Source: Candidatus Iainarchaeum sp. (GTDB taxonomy: Archaea; Iainarchaeota; Iainarchaeia; Iainarchaeales; UBA10191). Taken from it: a stretch of DNA of 52,781 nucleotides. The translations under genes were made by a program, and so were the position numbers. The notes under the pieces are model-generated. The model worked only from the letters and a program-made list of their open reading frames with translations. It made no database searches and was not told the DNA's origin. The stretch is from the NCBI GenBank assembly GCA_030649735.1, contig JAUSFL010000040.1:1-52781 (forward strand), read 5' to 3'. Below are positions 8,902 through 18,292 of the stretch, piece by piece (the first letter of the stretch is position 1; each line of letters begins with the position of its first letter).

Positions 8902-11900
8902 TCATGGCCTTGTTGGCTGTGCCGGCGGCTTTGGTTCTGGCGGCTGGCTTGGAGGCTGTGCTGGCTGGCTAGGCGCTGCCGGAGCCTGTGGAACGCTGCT
9001 TGCAGCCGGCGCGTCCACTTTCCAGTAAATTTCAGACTTGCTTCCATCATCTGATTCTTTAATGCAGTATTTTCCCTTGTTTTTTACTTCCTCAAGCAAT
9101 TTTTGGATTGTCAAAGGATTTGCCTTTGTTGAAAGATTCACGATTCCGCCGCCATTGCTTGTTTGAATGCCTGCGGCGCTTACTGACTGCTTGTCAGGCA
9201 CAGTGATTATTGCGCTGTCTGATCCGCAAACCAGCTGGAACTCGTAAGTTCTAGTGACTGGCAGGAACAAGTTTGCCTTGAAAGTTCCTGCTGCTCCAGT
9301 GATTAAGCTTCTGACATAAGGGGGTATTTGCCCCGGCCTTAAGTAATTGCATAATGCCTGCTGGCTTTCGTTTTTTGAAGAATTCCAGTAAACCAATGTT
9401 GTTGCAGGAACTTCAGTGCTGTCTTCCTTCAGCCTGTATTCTATTCCTTTATTGGTTGCAGCGTTTGTTCCAGTAATTGCTGCGGTGATTTCTCCCTTTT
9501 GTGTTGGATAATAAGTCAAAGAGCCGCTAGTGAGCTCGAAAACCTTTCCAATCTTTTTGTATTCTTCAGTGAATCCTGTTGAATTGTAAAGCAGGCTTGT
9601 TGGATTGAATTCATTGACTGCCGCGACTTGCGCAATGTTTGCCTTTGCTTCTTTTCCAGTCCCTTCATTGTCATTAAGTATTATAGTTTGCGCAATTCCA
9701 GTGTCGTTTGATTTTACTCTTCCATCAAATCCCACGGCATACCATGCGCTTTTCTGCCTTGTTTTGTCAAATTCTTTTGCTTTCGCGAATTTAATGTCGA
9801 CTTTGTCCTTGTTTTCTGTGGTGCTTTCGCTCCAGTCATAATCCAATACTGCATTGTAGTCTCCGGCTTCTGCAATTTCTTCCGTGCTATCAGAATTAAA
9901 AGTCCAGTTTTCGCTGACTTTTGGAATGTCAGAGTAATTGCTTGAGTAAACTTTGTCAAAGCCCGCCTTTACTGTTGAATAATTGTCTTTCACAAGCAAT
10001 GCGTGGAACTTTATGTTCTCATAATAGAATTTTTTGTTCAATGCATTTGCTCCTTCCCCGTCAACTCTTGCTCCATTGTCCAATACTGTGGCAATGTCTT
10101 CCTCGCTCATTACTGCCTGGTTCCTGACTCCAATCCTGACTGTAATGTTTGCGGTCATGTACTTCAAGAATGCAATGTTGATTTCAGTCATTTTGTCAAT
10201 TTTATCATGGTCAGTATCATTTGGGTCTATTGGTTTAATCCAGCATTTTGTGGCTTTTTCCTTGACGTCATTGCATCTTTCAAGCGTGGGAGCGTCTGTG
10301 GTTGGCTTAGTTGTTGTTGATTCAATGGCTTTTTTCAAGGAATCATGCATTATTTTGAACTCTCCCAAAGTCATTAGATAATAGGAATCCTTTCCCGAAA
10401 CTCCGATTTCAGCGCGAGTTCCTGAATATGTTTCAAGTTCTGTAGTGTTTGACTGGTTGAATTGCAGTAATACATTGTCCCCTAAAGTCTTGGTGTCTGC
10501 CATTGCTTTGAGCAATGTTTGCATTGTGCCAAGTGAAGTGAAAAATGCATTGAATTTATCTGCTTCTTTGGGTTCTTTTAGCGCGCTTGCAATGCTTGCC
10601 TCTGCTGCTTTCAAAGAATCGTCCAATTTTGTTATTTCATCATTAGTCAAGCTTCTGGTTAGGATTGTTTTTGAAGAGTCATTGTCAAGGAAGAAAACTA
10701 AGGCAGAGAACTTGTCTTTGCTTGCGGCATCTGGCTTGCTTCCATCGCTGATTTTGACCTGCTTTGTCAAGAACCTGTAAATTTCAGAGGCTTTCCTGAA
10801 ATTATTGTTTGCTTTGAAGGCTTCATCAGTGATTGTATAGTCTTTCTTGTCTATTGTGAACTCTGTGCTGTTCTTTGCCGCGTCAACCAGTGGCTTTACT
10901 TCTTTTGCCTTAAGCAATGATTCAATAGTGAATTGCGCTGCATCACAGTATGTCGCATCGCAAGTGCTTTTGCTAATGCTCTCAAACTTCCAGTCAAGGA
11001 GTATTTTTGGGACTGCTTCTGGGCCTTGCTTGCAGCCTTGCACTGCATAGTTTACTGTCCCAGTGTCCGGAGGCAAAGGCTGGCCTATTCCTTTAGAGAC
11101 ATTAAAATTGTAAGGAATGTTCACTTTTTTCTTTGCAGTAAATTCCAAAGTGCTAGTGCCTGACGGCTTTTTTCCGACAAAGCTTGTGAGCGTTGCAGTA
11201 ATGTTACCTTTTATTTGGACTGACTGGCCAGTGGCCAAATTTGCCCTGTTCACTGTTACTGTGACATTATGGCCATCGCCCGATACTTGCGCGCTGATTA
11301 TCACTCCGTTTCCAAAGTCTGTTTTGTCAAGCTGCAGTTCTGAAAGCTTGTCTAATGTAGAGCATGTTTGGTCGCTGATGCTTAAGACTTTCTGGATTTT
11401 TTCCGTAATTGGGTCGTAAGTTTTTATGTCAGTGCCGCCAAACCACTTGTCATCCAGATTTCCGTTCAAAACATCATTAATGCATTTTTGCAAGTCGTCA
11501 AGCTTCGGGTTTCCGCTGGTCAAAGCGTCAGCCATTTCTCCAATGCGCCACAAGTCTTCCAAGGTCACTTCAAAAGGCTTCATTTGCTGCATTCCAGTGG
11601 TGTCAATGAACCTGACGCTTAGCGTGGCTCTTGTTTGAACCCTGTATTGCCCCATGTTTGACCAATACCTTAATGCGCCGATTTGCTGGAATGTTTTTCC
11701 AGTCTTGTCTATTTCTGGCGCTTGCCTGTACCTGAAGTCTCGTTCCATTTCAAAGTCCAAGACCTGCCTTGTTCCGCCATTCAGTCCAGAGCCTGCCTGT
11801 GTAGTAATGCCCAGAATTCTTGCAGTGCCTGCCATTCCGACTTGAGGGCTTCCGCCGATTCTTTCTTCCAGGCGGTCTGACATTTCGCTTAATGAAATTG

Positions 11901-14900
11901 TGTCTGCGCTTTCATTCAATTTTACTCCAATGTCCCAGCAGTTGTTGTAAATTTTTCCTTTAACAGGCTTTCCTATAAAGTCATTGAATTCAAACTTTGT
12001 CCTGTCAATTCCAATGCAGTCCCTGACCACATCAGCCGCTGATTGTATTGTGAACAAAAAGCTTGACAGTTCTTGCATGCTTTCTTGGCTGCCTTGAATT
12101 CTTCCGCTAAAGGTTGCTGTGTATCTTCCAACCCTATATCCTGCCTGAACTGTTATGTTCTTTTTTTCTCCAGACTTTAATGAAAAGCTTGATTGGTCAA
12201 CCTGCAGTGCTGAATCGGCTTCTGCCTCAAGCTCTATTGATTGCGCGCAAGTGTTTGTTATGCGGACTGTTGCGCTGCTTTGGCCCCATGCCATTTGATT
12301 GTAAGGCGATTGGCCGTAATTGTTCTGGTACTGATTATAGTATGGAGTGCTTGTGCTTCCATAATTCTGCGTATAAGGGTCTAGGTAAGGGCTTCTGTAC
12401 TGCGTGTCTGGATTGTACTGTGAATAGTAAGGGTTTGTGACTGCAGTTCCAGTAGTGTAAGGGCTGTTATTGTTGTATTGGTTGTATCCAGTTCCATAAA
12501 GGTTTGAGCTATTGTTGTATCCTGTTCCATAAGGGTTTGTTGAATCAACCAAGCCCACATTTCCAGTGTTTGGCACAATGTAGCTTGGAGTTGCTGTGCT
12601 GCTTTGGCTTGAAAAGTTTCCAGTGTTTGGCACAATGTATGATGGCTGGTTTCCCATTCCCCAGCTGTTGAATGGAGAATAGCTTGAGTTATAATTTCCA
12701 AGGCCTGTTCCGTAAGGGGTTGTTTGCAGGCTTGTGGTTGAAGCCGCGAATTTCACGCATTTTGTCAAGTCATTGACTGAAGCCGAGATTTTGATTTCTT
12801 GCTGTAATTCCTGGTCGCCATTCTTTGTCTTGTTCACTGCCTTGATTATGATTTTTGGAGTGCTTGCGCCTGCATCAATCTCTAATGGGTTGAATGTCAA
12901 AGTCATTTGGGTTTCTGACTTTTTTGGAATCAATGGCGCGACATCCCTGAACTGGTTTGACAGTTCAGGATCCTTGCTTTCAGGCAGTCCAGTGCTAAGC
13001 TTGAATTTTCCGATTTCTGACTGGTTTGCAAGCACGATTTTTGCCTGCAAATTGCTTAATTCAATGTCTTGCTCGTTGATTTTGCAAGTGTTCTTTAAAG
13101 TCAATTCAATGCTTTTTGCGTCATTGCTCGTGAAAATCTTCCATTCCGCGGGGTCAACTGTCAGGCAGTCTGTTGAATCAACTTCTTCCCCAAAACCCAC
13201 TGTAATAAACACTGGAACTCTTGCAACCCACATGCTGTAGTTCGGGTTTTCCACGGTAATGTCAATTGTTCCCTTGAATGTTGTCGGCTGCTGGATTGTC
13301 TTTCCCTTGTCTGTAATTTTCATTTTCACTAAAAATCCCGCGTTTCCGTCCCTTTCAAGCGTTATTCCTTCCTTTCCAGTCTCTGTCTCAAAACCGTCTG
13401 TTTGCGTGCTGTCAAGCGCAAAGGCAACATGCCCGTCCATTTTCGGGAACTCTATTTTTTTCACCATTAATGCAATTGGCGAAGAATTGATTATTTCCAA
13501 AGTCCTTTGCTTTTCTGAAGCCTCATTAATCACCAAGGTTTCCCTCAATTCTGAAGGATTGAACAATAGAATGTTTTCGCTGATTGTGACTTCTTTTGTG
13601 AAAGCCGCAAAGCCCTGCTTTTTCACTTCAATCAAAAGCTTTGCGTTGTTTGGCGGATTGTTCAGGCTGTACTGCGCAATGCCCTTGCTGTCTGTTATTG
13701 TGCTGTAAATCAAGTTTCCATTAAGCACAAAGTTCACTACTGCCCCTGGAATCGGGTTTGCCGAATTATTGTCCGAAGAAATTTCAGTCGCTTTCACAAG
13801 CAAGTTGTTTATAATGTAAGGAACGACTGTTTTTGGAATCAATTCAGCATTCAATTGCCTTGCAGGCTGAATGTCAAGCACTATTTCCTTTGCCTGAAGT
13901 TTTTCGCTTCCACTAGAAAGCTCTAAAATCAATTTTGTGGCGCCTTCGCCTTGCGTTTGGAATTCAACCCACCCTGAAACAACAGTTCCGCCGCTCAAGT
14001 TTCCCAAATTCACCTGCAGTTCGTTCCCTGAAGCAGTGCCGAAAGTCTTAATGCTGTAGTTTTGCAACGCGATTGCAGAGTCAGGATTTGAAATTTTCAG
14101 CATTGCGTTTGGCTTGTCAGAACTGCCCCTGTATGTTGTGCTGAAGTAAAGCCTGTAAGTTGTCGAAATTTTTGCGGAAAACTCGTCAAACAATGCCGTC
14201 TCTTCGCCTGTCGTCAAGTCTGTTATTTTGAAAATATTGCAGAAATTGTCAGAGCATAAAGTGCTTGGCCCGATGCTGAATTGGATGTTTTTTGTTTCAG
14301 CATACAATGACTGCTTGCCTGAAGAGCTTTCAGCGCTTCCTAAAACATCGTCTTTTGGAGAGCGCAAGTAGCCAGTGCTTTTTCCCCAAGCCCTGTGGCG
14401 CAATTCAACAGTCTTTCCCTTCTCTGAAGTTTCTCGAGTGTAAACTTCTGCCTCAATTTCATAAACTCCTTCCTTTCCGTTAGGTATGATAATGTTTGCC
14501 CATTTTGATTCTGACTGCGTCAAATTCTGCACGTCAGTCGCATAACCGTTTGGCGGATTGTAAGTCTTTCCTTTTACGATTGTTGCCTTTCCGCCCGCCT
14601 TGACTCCTTTAATGTAAATTGGGTCTGCTTCCACTTGCGTTGTTTCAGAACTGTCTGCAATTTCAGGCAGTCCAGTCCTTAAATGCGCTCCGATTTCAGA
14701 ATACTCCGAGCCTTGCGGCACTTTAAGCAAAAACTTTGCAGTGTATTTTTGTCCAGGGTTCAAAGAGTCTTGCAATTTTTCATCGCCCAAAAACAACGCG
14801 CTTCCCCCAACTGGCTCGAGCCTGAATGTTGGAATGTCCTTTGCCAATTGCACTTGCTTTTCAAAAGTAATGTCTTTTGCCATTTGGATTGGAATAGTAT

Positions 14901-16620
14901 AGTATGGCAAAAAATCCTGTCCTGAAGCCTGCAAGTATACTGTCTTGTCAGCTCGGACTTGAATGCTTGCCTTTCCATCAGTTCCCGCAGTCAATTCCTG
15001 GATTTTCTGGCCTGTTGAATTGTCAACAACAGCAATTGCCGCATTAGGCACTGGATTGCTGTCTTCATCAATTGCCGTGAAGTCTATTGTTCCAGAGCCT
15101 ATTGGAATTGTCAAAGTGAGCTGGTTTTCCTGCCTTGCAATGACGCTCACGTTAGGCTGGACTTTCTCGCCAAAGCCAGTCTTTAATGCCTTTATTATAT
15201 AAGTGCCTTCAGTAAGCCTGTCAAAAACAACAATGCCGTTGTTTCCAGTTGTTTTTTCATCAATTGTCGAGGCATCGCTTGACTTCAAAAGCTTTACTTT
15301 CGCTTGCTCTATAGCAAAGCCTTTCTCGTCAATTACTTTTACTGCCAGCGTGTTTGAGTTTTGCGCTGTTGCAGGAGTAAGGCTGACGCGCGTGTCTGCA
15401 GTGCTGATTGAAACCGCAACTCCAGTCATTTTCAAGAATGCCGGGTGGTCAATGCTTGCGGTGAATTGAACGTTTTCCGCAACCTTGAATTCTGCTTTTC
15501 CCTGCGCGTCAGAAAATTTTGAGCTTCCAAAAGCAGTTGTTCCCTTGAACAAGTCAATTTTTGCGTTTTCCACTGGAACTCCAGTGCTTGCGTCAAGAAT
15601 CAAGAAATTAATGCTTCCAATGCTGGTTTTTTGCATTATAATGTTGAAAGTTGTTGTTTCATTCTCTTTCACTTGCTGCGCCGCTGTTGCTTCGGCATAG
15701 TATTCTCCAGAATCGTCAGTCGCCTGCGCCTTGTAGTTTCCGATTGGAATGTTTTCAATCAATACGCTTCCAGTAGTGCCTGTAAAGCTTAAAGCGCTGT
15801 TGAAAGTGTCGCTTGCAGAAGCCGCCAATAACTGCACTTTCTTTCCAGCCAATGCCTTTCCATCAGAGTCTTTGACTGAAACCAATGCCTTTCCAACTCT
15901 TGCATTTGCCGCGCTCAAGTTAATCTGCAGGCTTTCAGTTGCGGGATCCAGTGAAATTTTGTCTCCGGTGATTCCTTGAGGGAATTGCACGTTCAAGTAG
16001 CCGCAGTCTTTTGGGATTGCGTCCAATAAAATTTGGCCATTGCTTGAAGGCTTTGTAACATTGTATTCTGCGCTGGAGCAGGAAAAGCTTAAAGTCAAAG
16101 TCCTGGTCTGGTCATAAAGCTTTCCTTCAGAATCAAAAAGCTTTATTGTACGAGCGTATACTTTGCTTATTTCAGAAAGGGCAAAATCCAGGCTTTCGCT
16201 GGAATTTTTTGGAGTGAATTTTTTTTCTATTGCAGTGTAATTGTCGCTTCTTCCAAGCCGCAATGTTATTTCAATTCCGGTCGGAACATTAATTGTGGTT
16301 CCGCCGCTTGCAGAAGTTTTCACCATGGGCTCGCTCAAGCTTTCATAAGTAATTGTAAAGCTTTCGCCGGAAATCCTTTGCTCGTTTGACGTCAAATAAA
16401 TTGTAACTGCAGACATTGGCTGCAGCAATGGCGCAAGCGCAAAAAACCACAATAATCCAATCGCAACAAGGCACAAGAGCAAGAACAATGGAAAGCTCGG
16501 AATGTTGTTTGCCTCAACAGCGTCAACTACCTTGTATACTGGAATTCCGTGCTTGTCAAGCCAGTCAAGCATTGCGTAGTATTTGTCTTCAATCCCTGTG
16601 TAAAATCCCACCAAAATCAC
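8902..16620 (-). CDS. Giant membrane-anchored surface protein B (2572 aa) with a Tyr/Asn/Gln-rich insert and Pro-rich C-terminal tail
   Basis: 7.7 kb ORF paralogous to A (KWANI, LCSDNFC, EAVPKILLDW, NIKFHALL motifs). The true start may be TTG 16614 or GTG 16611, after a GAAGTGAT SD-like site. Confidence 0.85.
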   Translation of the reverse strand: MILVGFYTGIEDKYYAMLDWLDKHGIPVYKVVDAVEANNIPSFPLFLLLCLVAIGLLWFFALAPLLQPMSAVTIYLTSNEQRISGESFTITYESLSEPMVKTSASGGTTINVPTGIEITLRLGRSDNYTAIEKKFTPKNSSESLDFALSEISKVYARTIKLFDSEGKLYDQTRTLTLSFSCSSAEYNVTKPSSNGQILLDAIPKDCGYLNVQFPQGITGDKISLDPATESLQINLSAANARVGKALVSVKDSDGKALAGKKVQLLAASASDTFNSALSFTGTTGSVLIENIPIGNYKAQATDDSGEYYAEATAAQQVKENETTTFNIIMQKTSIGSINFLILDASTGVPVENAKIDLFKGTTAFGSSKFSDAQGKAEFKVAENVQFTASIDHPAFLKMTGVAVSISTADTRVSLTPATAQNSNTLAVKVIDEKGFAIEQAKVKLLKSSDASTIDEKTTGNNGIVVFDRLTEGTYIIKALKTGFGEKVQPNVSVIARQENQLTLTIPIGSGTIDFTAIDEDSNPVPNAAIAVVDNSTGQKIQELTAGTDGKASIQVRADKTVYLQASGQDFLPYYTIPIQMAKDITFEKQVQLAKDIPTFRLEPVGGSALFLGDEKLQDSLNPGQKYTAKFLLKVPQGSEYSEIGAHLRTGLPEIADSSETTQVEADPIYIKGVKAGGKATIVKGKTYNPPNGYATDVQNLTQSESKWANIIIPNGKEGVYEIEAEVYTRETSEKGKTVELRHRAWGKSTGYLRSPKDDVLGSAESSSGKQSLYAETKNIQFSIGPSTLCSDNFCNIFKITDLTTGEETALFDEFSAKISTTYRLYFSTTYRGSSDKPNAMLKISNPDSAIALQNYSIKTFGTASGNELQVNLGNLSGGTVVSGWVEFQTQGEGATKLILELSSGSEKLQAKEIVLDIQPARQLNAELIPKTVVPYIINNLLVKATEISSDNNSANPIPGAVVNFVLNGNLIYSTITDSKGIAQYSLNNPPNNAKLLIEVKKQGFAAFTKEVTISENILLFNPSELRETLVINEASEKQRTLEIINSSPIALMVKKIEFPKMDGHVAFALDSTQTDGFETETGKEGITLERDGNAGFLVKMKITDKGKTIQQPTTFKGTIDITVENPNYSMWVARVPVFITVGFGEEVDSTDCLTVDPAEWKIFTSNDAKSIELTLKNTCKINEQDIELSNLQAKIVLANQSEIGKFKLSTGLPESKDPELSNQFRDVAPLIPKKSETQMTLTFNPLEIDAGASTPKIIIKAVNKTKNGDQELQQEIKISASVNDLTKCVKFAASTTSLQTTPYGTGLGNYNSSYSPFNSWGMGNQPSYIVPNTGNFSSQSSTATPSYIVPNTGNVGLVDSTNPYGTGYNNSSNLYGTGYNQYNNNSPYTTGTAVTNPYYSQYNPDTQYRSPYLDPYTQNYGSTSTPYYNQYQNNYGQSPYNQMAWGQSSATVRITNTCAQSIELEAEADSALQVDQSSFSLKSGEKKNITVQAGYRVGRYTATFSGRIQGSQESMQELSSFLFTIQSAADVVRDCIGIDRTKFEFNDFIGKPVKGKIYNNCWDIGVKLNESADTISLSEMSDRLEERIGGSPQVGMAGTARILGITTQAGSGLNGGTRQVLDFEMERDFRYRQAPEIDKTGKTFQQIGALRYWSNMGQYRVQTRATLSVRFIDTTGMQQMKPFEVTLEDLWRIGEMADALTSGNPKLDDLQKCINDVLNGNLDDKWFGGTDIKTYDPITEKIQKVLSISDQTCSTLDKLSELQLDKTDFGNGVIISAQVSGDGHNVTVTVNRANLATGQSVQIKGNITATLTSFVGKKPSGTSTLEFTAKKKVNIPYNFNVSKGIGQPLPPDTGTVNYAVQGCKQGPEAVPKILLDWKFESISKSTCDATYCDAAQFTIESLLKAKEVKPLVDAAKNSTEFTIDKKDYTITDEAFKANNNFRKASEIYRFLTKQVKISDGSKPDAASKDKFSALVFFLDNDSSKTILTRSLTNDEITKLDDSLKAAEASIASALKEPKEADKFNAFFTSLGTMQTLLKAMADTKTLGDNVLLQFNQSNTTELETYSGTRAEIGVSGKDSYYLMTLGEFKIMHDSLKKAIESTTTKPTTDAPTLERCNDVKEKATKCWIKPIDPNDTDHDKIDKMTEINIAFLKYMTANITVRIGVRNQAVMSEEDIATVLDNGARVDGEGANALNKKFYYENIKFHALLVKDNYSTVKAGFDKVYSSNYSDIPKVSENWTFNSDSTEEIAEAGDYNAVLDYDWSESTTENKDKVDIKFAKAKEFDKTRQKSAWYAVGFDGRVKSNDTGIAQTIILNDNEGTGKEAKANIAQVAAVNEFNPTSLLYNSTGFTEEYKKIGKVFELTSGSLTYYPTQKGEITAAITGTNAATNKGIEYRLKEDSTEVPATTLVYWNSSKNESQQALCNYLRPGQIPPYVRSLITGAAGTFKANLFLPVTRTYEFQLVCGSDSAIITVPDKQSVSAAGIQTSNGGGIVNLSTKANPLTIQKLLEEVKNKGKYCIKESDDGSKSEIYWKVDAPAASSVPQAPAAPSQPAQPPSQPPEPKPPAQPTRP
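12560..12639. repeat. 23-bp exact direct repeat (tttccagtgtttggcacaatgta at 12560-12582 and 12617-12639) encoding a PSYIVPNTGN duplication
   Basis: Read directly; 57-bp (19-codon) spacing inside giant gene B. Confidence 0.9.
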
Positions 16621-16776
16621 TTCTTAATCTAACTCAATTAACACTTACTTTTTTGTTGCATTCAGTATAAAAAACAATTTTTCCCATTTAAAAAACCAGA
16701 TGCCGGCTTTCTTGCTAATAGAAACTATTCCATTCTTTAAAAATGTTAGCATCTTTTATAAAAATTCATGAAGACT

Positions 16777-18252
16777 TCAGCCGTTCTCGCAAGAGTAAGT
16801 TTCATCACCGGGCATTGGGAGAACGCCTCCAGAGGAAGCGATAACTGAATTGCATTTTGCAAGCGTTGCCTGGCTTGCTGTCGAGTAACTGTCGCTGATT
16901 TTTATTTTGTAAACTTTGTCGCTTCCCCTTGCCTGGTTTACCTTGAATTGCGACAAGGTTTCGTTAAATATTAAAATCACTTCAATTCCTGAAGACCGGA
17001 CGCAAATTCCCTTGCCAGTGTCCTGGCTGTTTGCGATGAAAATTTCCTTTGTTTCAATTGTTTTGGTTCCGCCTTTGACAATGCTTCCTGCGGGAATTCC
17101 ATCAGGCCATAACTTCAGGCCGTCGGTTGGGGTTGGATCTATTGAATCGCTGTTTTCAACATGGAATGTTGTTGCCCCAGTCGCTGTTATGTACTGCCTT
17201 AACGCGTTTGCCATTTCATTAGAGCTTCCAGTATTGTATGTTGCAGGGCACGCGCTTGCCGGACTGCAATTTAATGCCACTTCTTCAAGCGAGTGGCTTG
17301 CTGCTGCCGCTCCTTTGGTGTTGGGGCATAAGTATCCTTTTCCATCAGGGCCTGGAAAATTGCTTTGGTTGATTGCAATTCCTTGGCTGTTTGGGCTTTG
17401 CCTGATTGAGCAGTCTGAATCGCACATTCCAAGCCCGATTTCGTTGAATTGGTTTGAGCTTGCAAAAACGTTTTCGTTCGCGATTTTTTTCGCTTTCCAA
17501 AGCGCCTTGAAAATCCTTAAAGGCGCGTAAATCCTGAGGTTTCCTTTTGGAAGGATTGGCTGTTTTATCACGCGGCCTGTTGCCTGGCTTTTCACGACAA
17601 TTTGCGGAAGCTGATTGTATTGCTGTGGAGTAAGGCTAGTCAAATTCAAGTTTATGTAGAACGTTCCTATGTCGCAGCTTGAATCACTGCATTTGATTGG
17701 CTCAAGCAAAGTGTTGTTTGCAATTCCAGCATCAGCCATTACTTTTATTGCTGTCTTGAATTTTGAAGTGTCGTTTGGATTGTCTTCATTAATGACCAAT
17801 TGAACGTCATATCCCTTGAAAGCGTAAGTTCCAGAGCCCCTGGAGATTATTCCAACCAAGTAATCAGACATTGCATTGGCAAACTGTTCTGTGGAAGTTG
17901 TTGTCGCGCCATCAGCGCTTTGAATTTCCTTGCCCCCAAGCTCTGCTTTTGCAAAGTCCGAGACCATTTGGTTCCAGTTTGATGCGGAAGTCCTGTCCAT
18001 TACGTAAAATTCGTTGGTTGGGTCTGTAATCCATTTTTCAAACTGGTACCTGACTCCAATATTGAATAACTGCAATGCGTCAGCGCGCGCCAAGTCCGCA
18101 ATGTTTTGCATTTCAGTCTGCTCGTCAATTGTTTCAATTGTCTGTGAGGAATTCCTTTCAGACTCAATCATGCTTTGAACAAGCACGAAAGCCAAAGTAA
18201 TAAGCACAAAGCTGACTAAAGCAGTGAATAAAGTGAAGCCTTTGGAATCCAT
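16777..18252 (-). CDS. Large pilin-like protein with class III signal peptide (about 491 aa)
   Basis: N-terminus MDSKG|FTLFTALVSFVLITLAFVLV followed by a soluble Cys-containing domain; ATG 18252 preferred over TTG 18261. Confidence 0.7.
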   Translation of the reverse strand: MDSKGFTLFTALVSFVLITLAFVLVQSMIESERNSSQTIETIDEQTEMQNIADLARADALQLFNIGVRYQFEKWITDPTNEFYVMDRTSASNWNQMVSDFAKAELGGKEIQSADGATTTSTEQFANAMSDYLVGIISRGSGTYAFKGYDVQLVINEDNPNDTSKFKTAIKVMADAGIANNTLLEPIKCSDSSCDIGTFYINLNLTSLTPQQYNQLPQIVVKSQATGRVIKQPILPKGNLRIYAPLRIFKALWKAKKIANENVFASSNQFNEIGLGMCDSDCSIRQSPNSQGIAINQSNFPGPDGKGYLCPNTKGAAAASHSLEEVALNCSPASACPATYNTGSSNEMANALRQYITATGATTFHVENSDSIDPTPTDGLKLWPDGIPAGSIVKGGTKTIETKEIFIANSQDTGKGICVRSSGIEVILIFNETLSQFKVNQARGSDKVYKIKISDSYSTASQATLAKCNSVIASSGGVLPMPGDETYSCENG

Positions 18253-18292
18253 TAAACTCAAGAATTAGTGAAGGCAAAACAACTATTTAATC

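Noticed and set aside
12560-12639. 23-bp repeats separated by 34 bp, superficially CRISPR-like
   Set aside because: Only two copies, in frame inside a CDS, no palindrome and no cas genes
16621-16776. Longest intergenic gap as a possible ncRNA or tRNA
   Set aside because: AT-rich, no cloverleaf or stable stems visible; consistent with a terminator plus promoter
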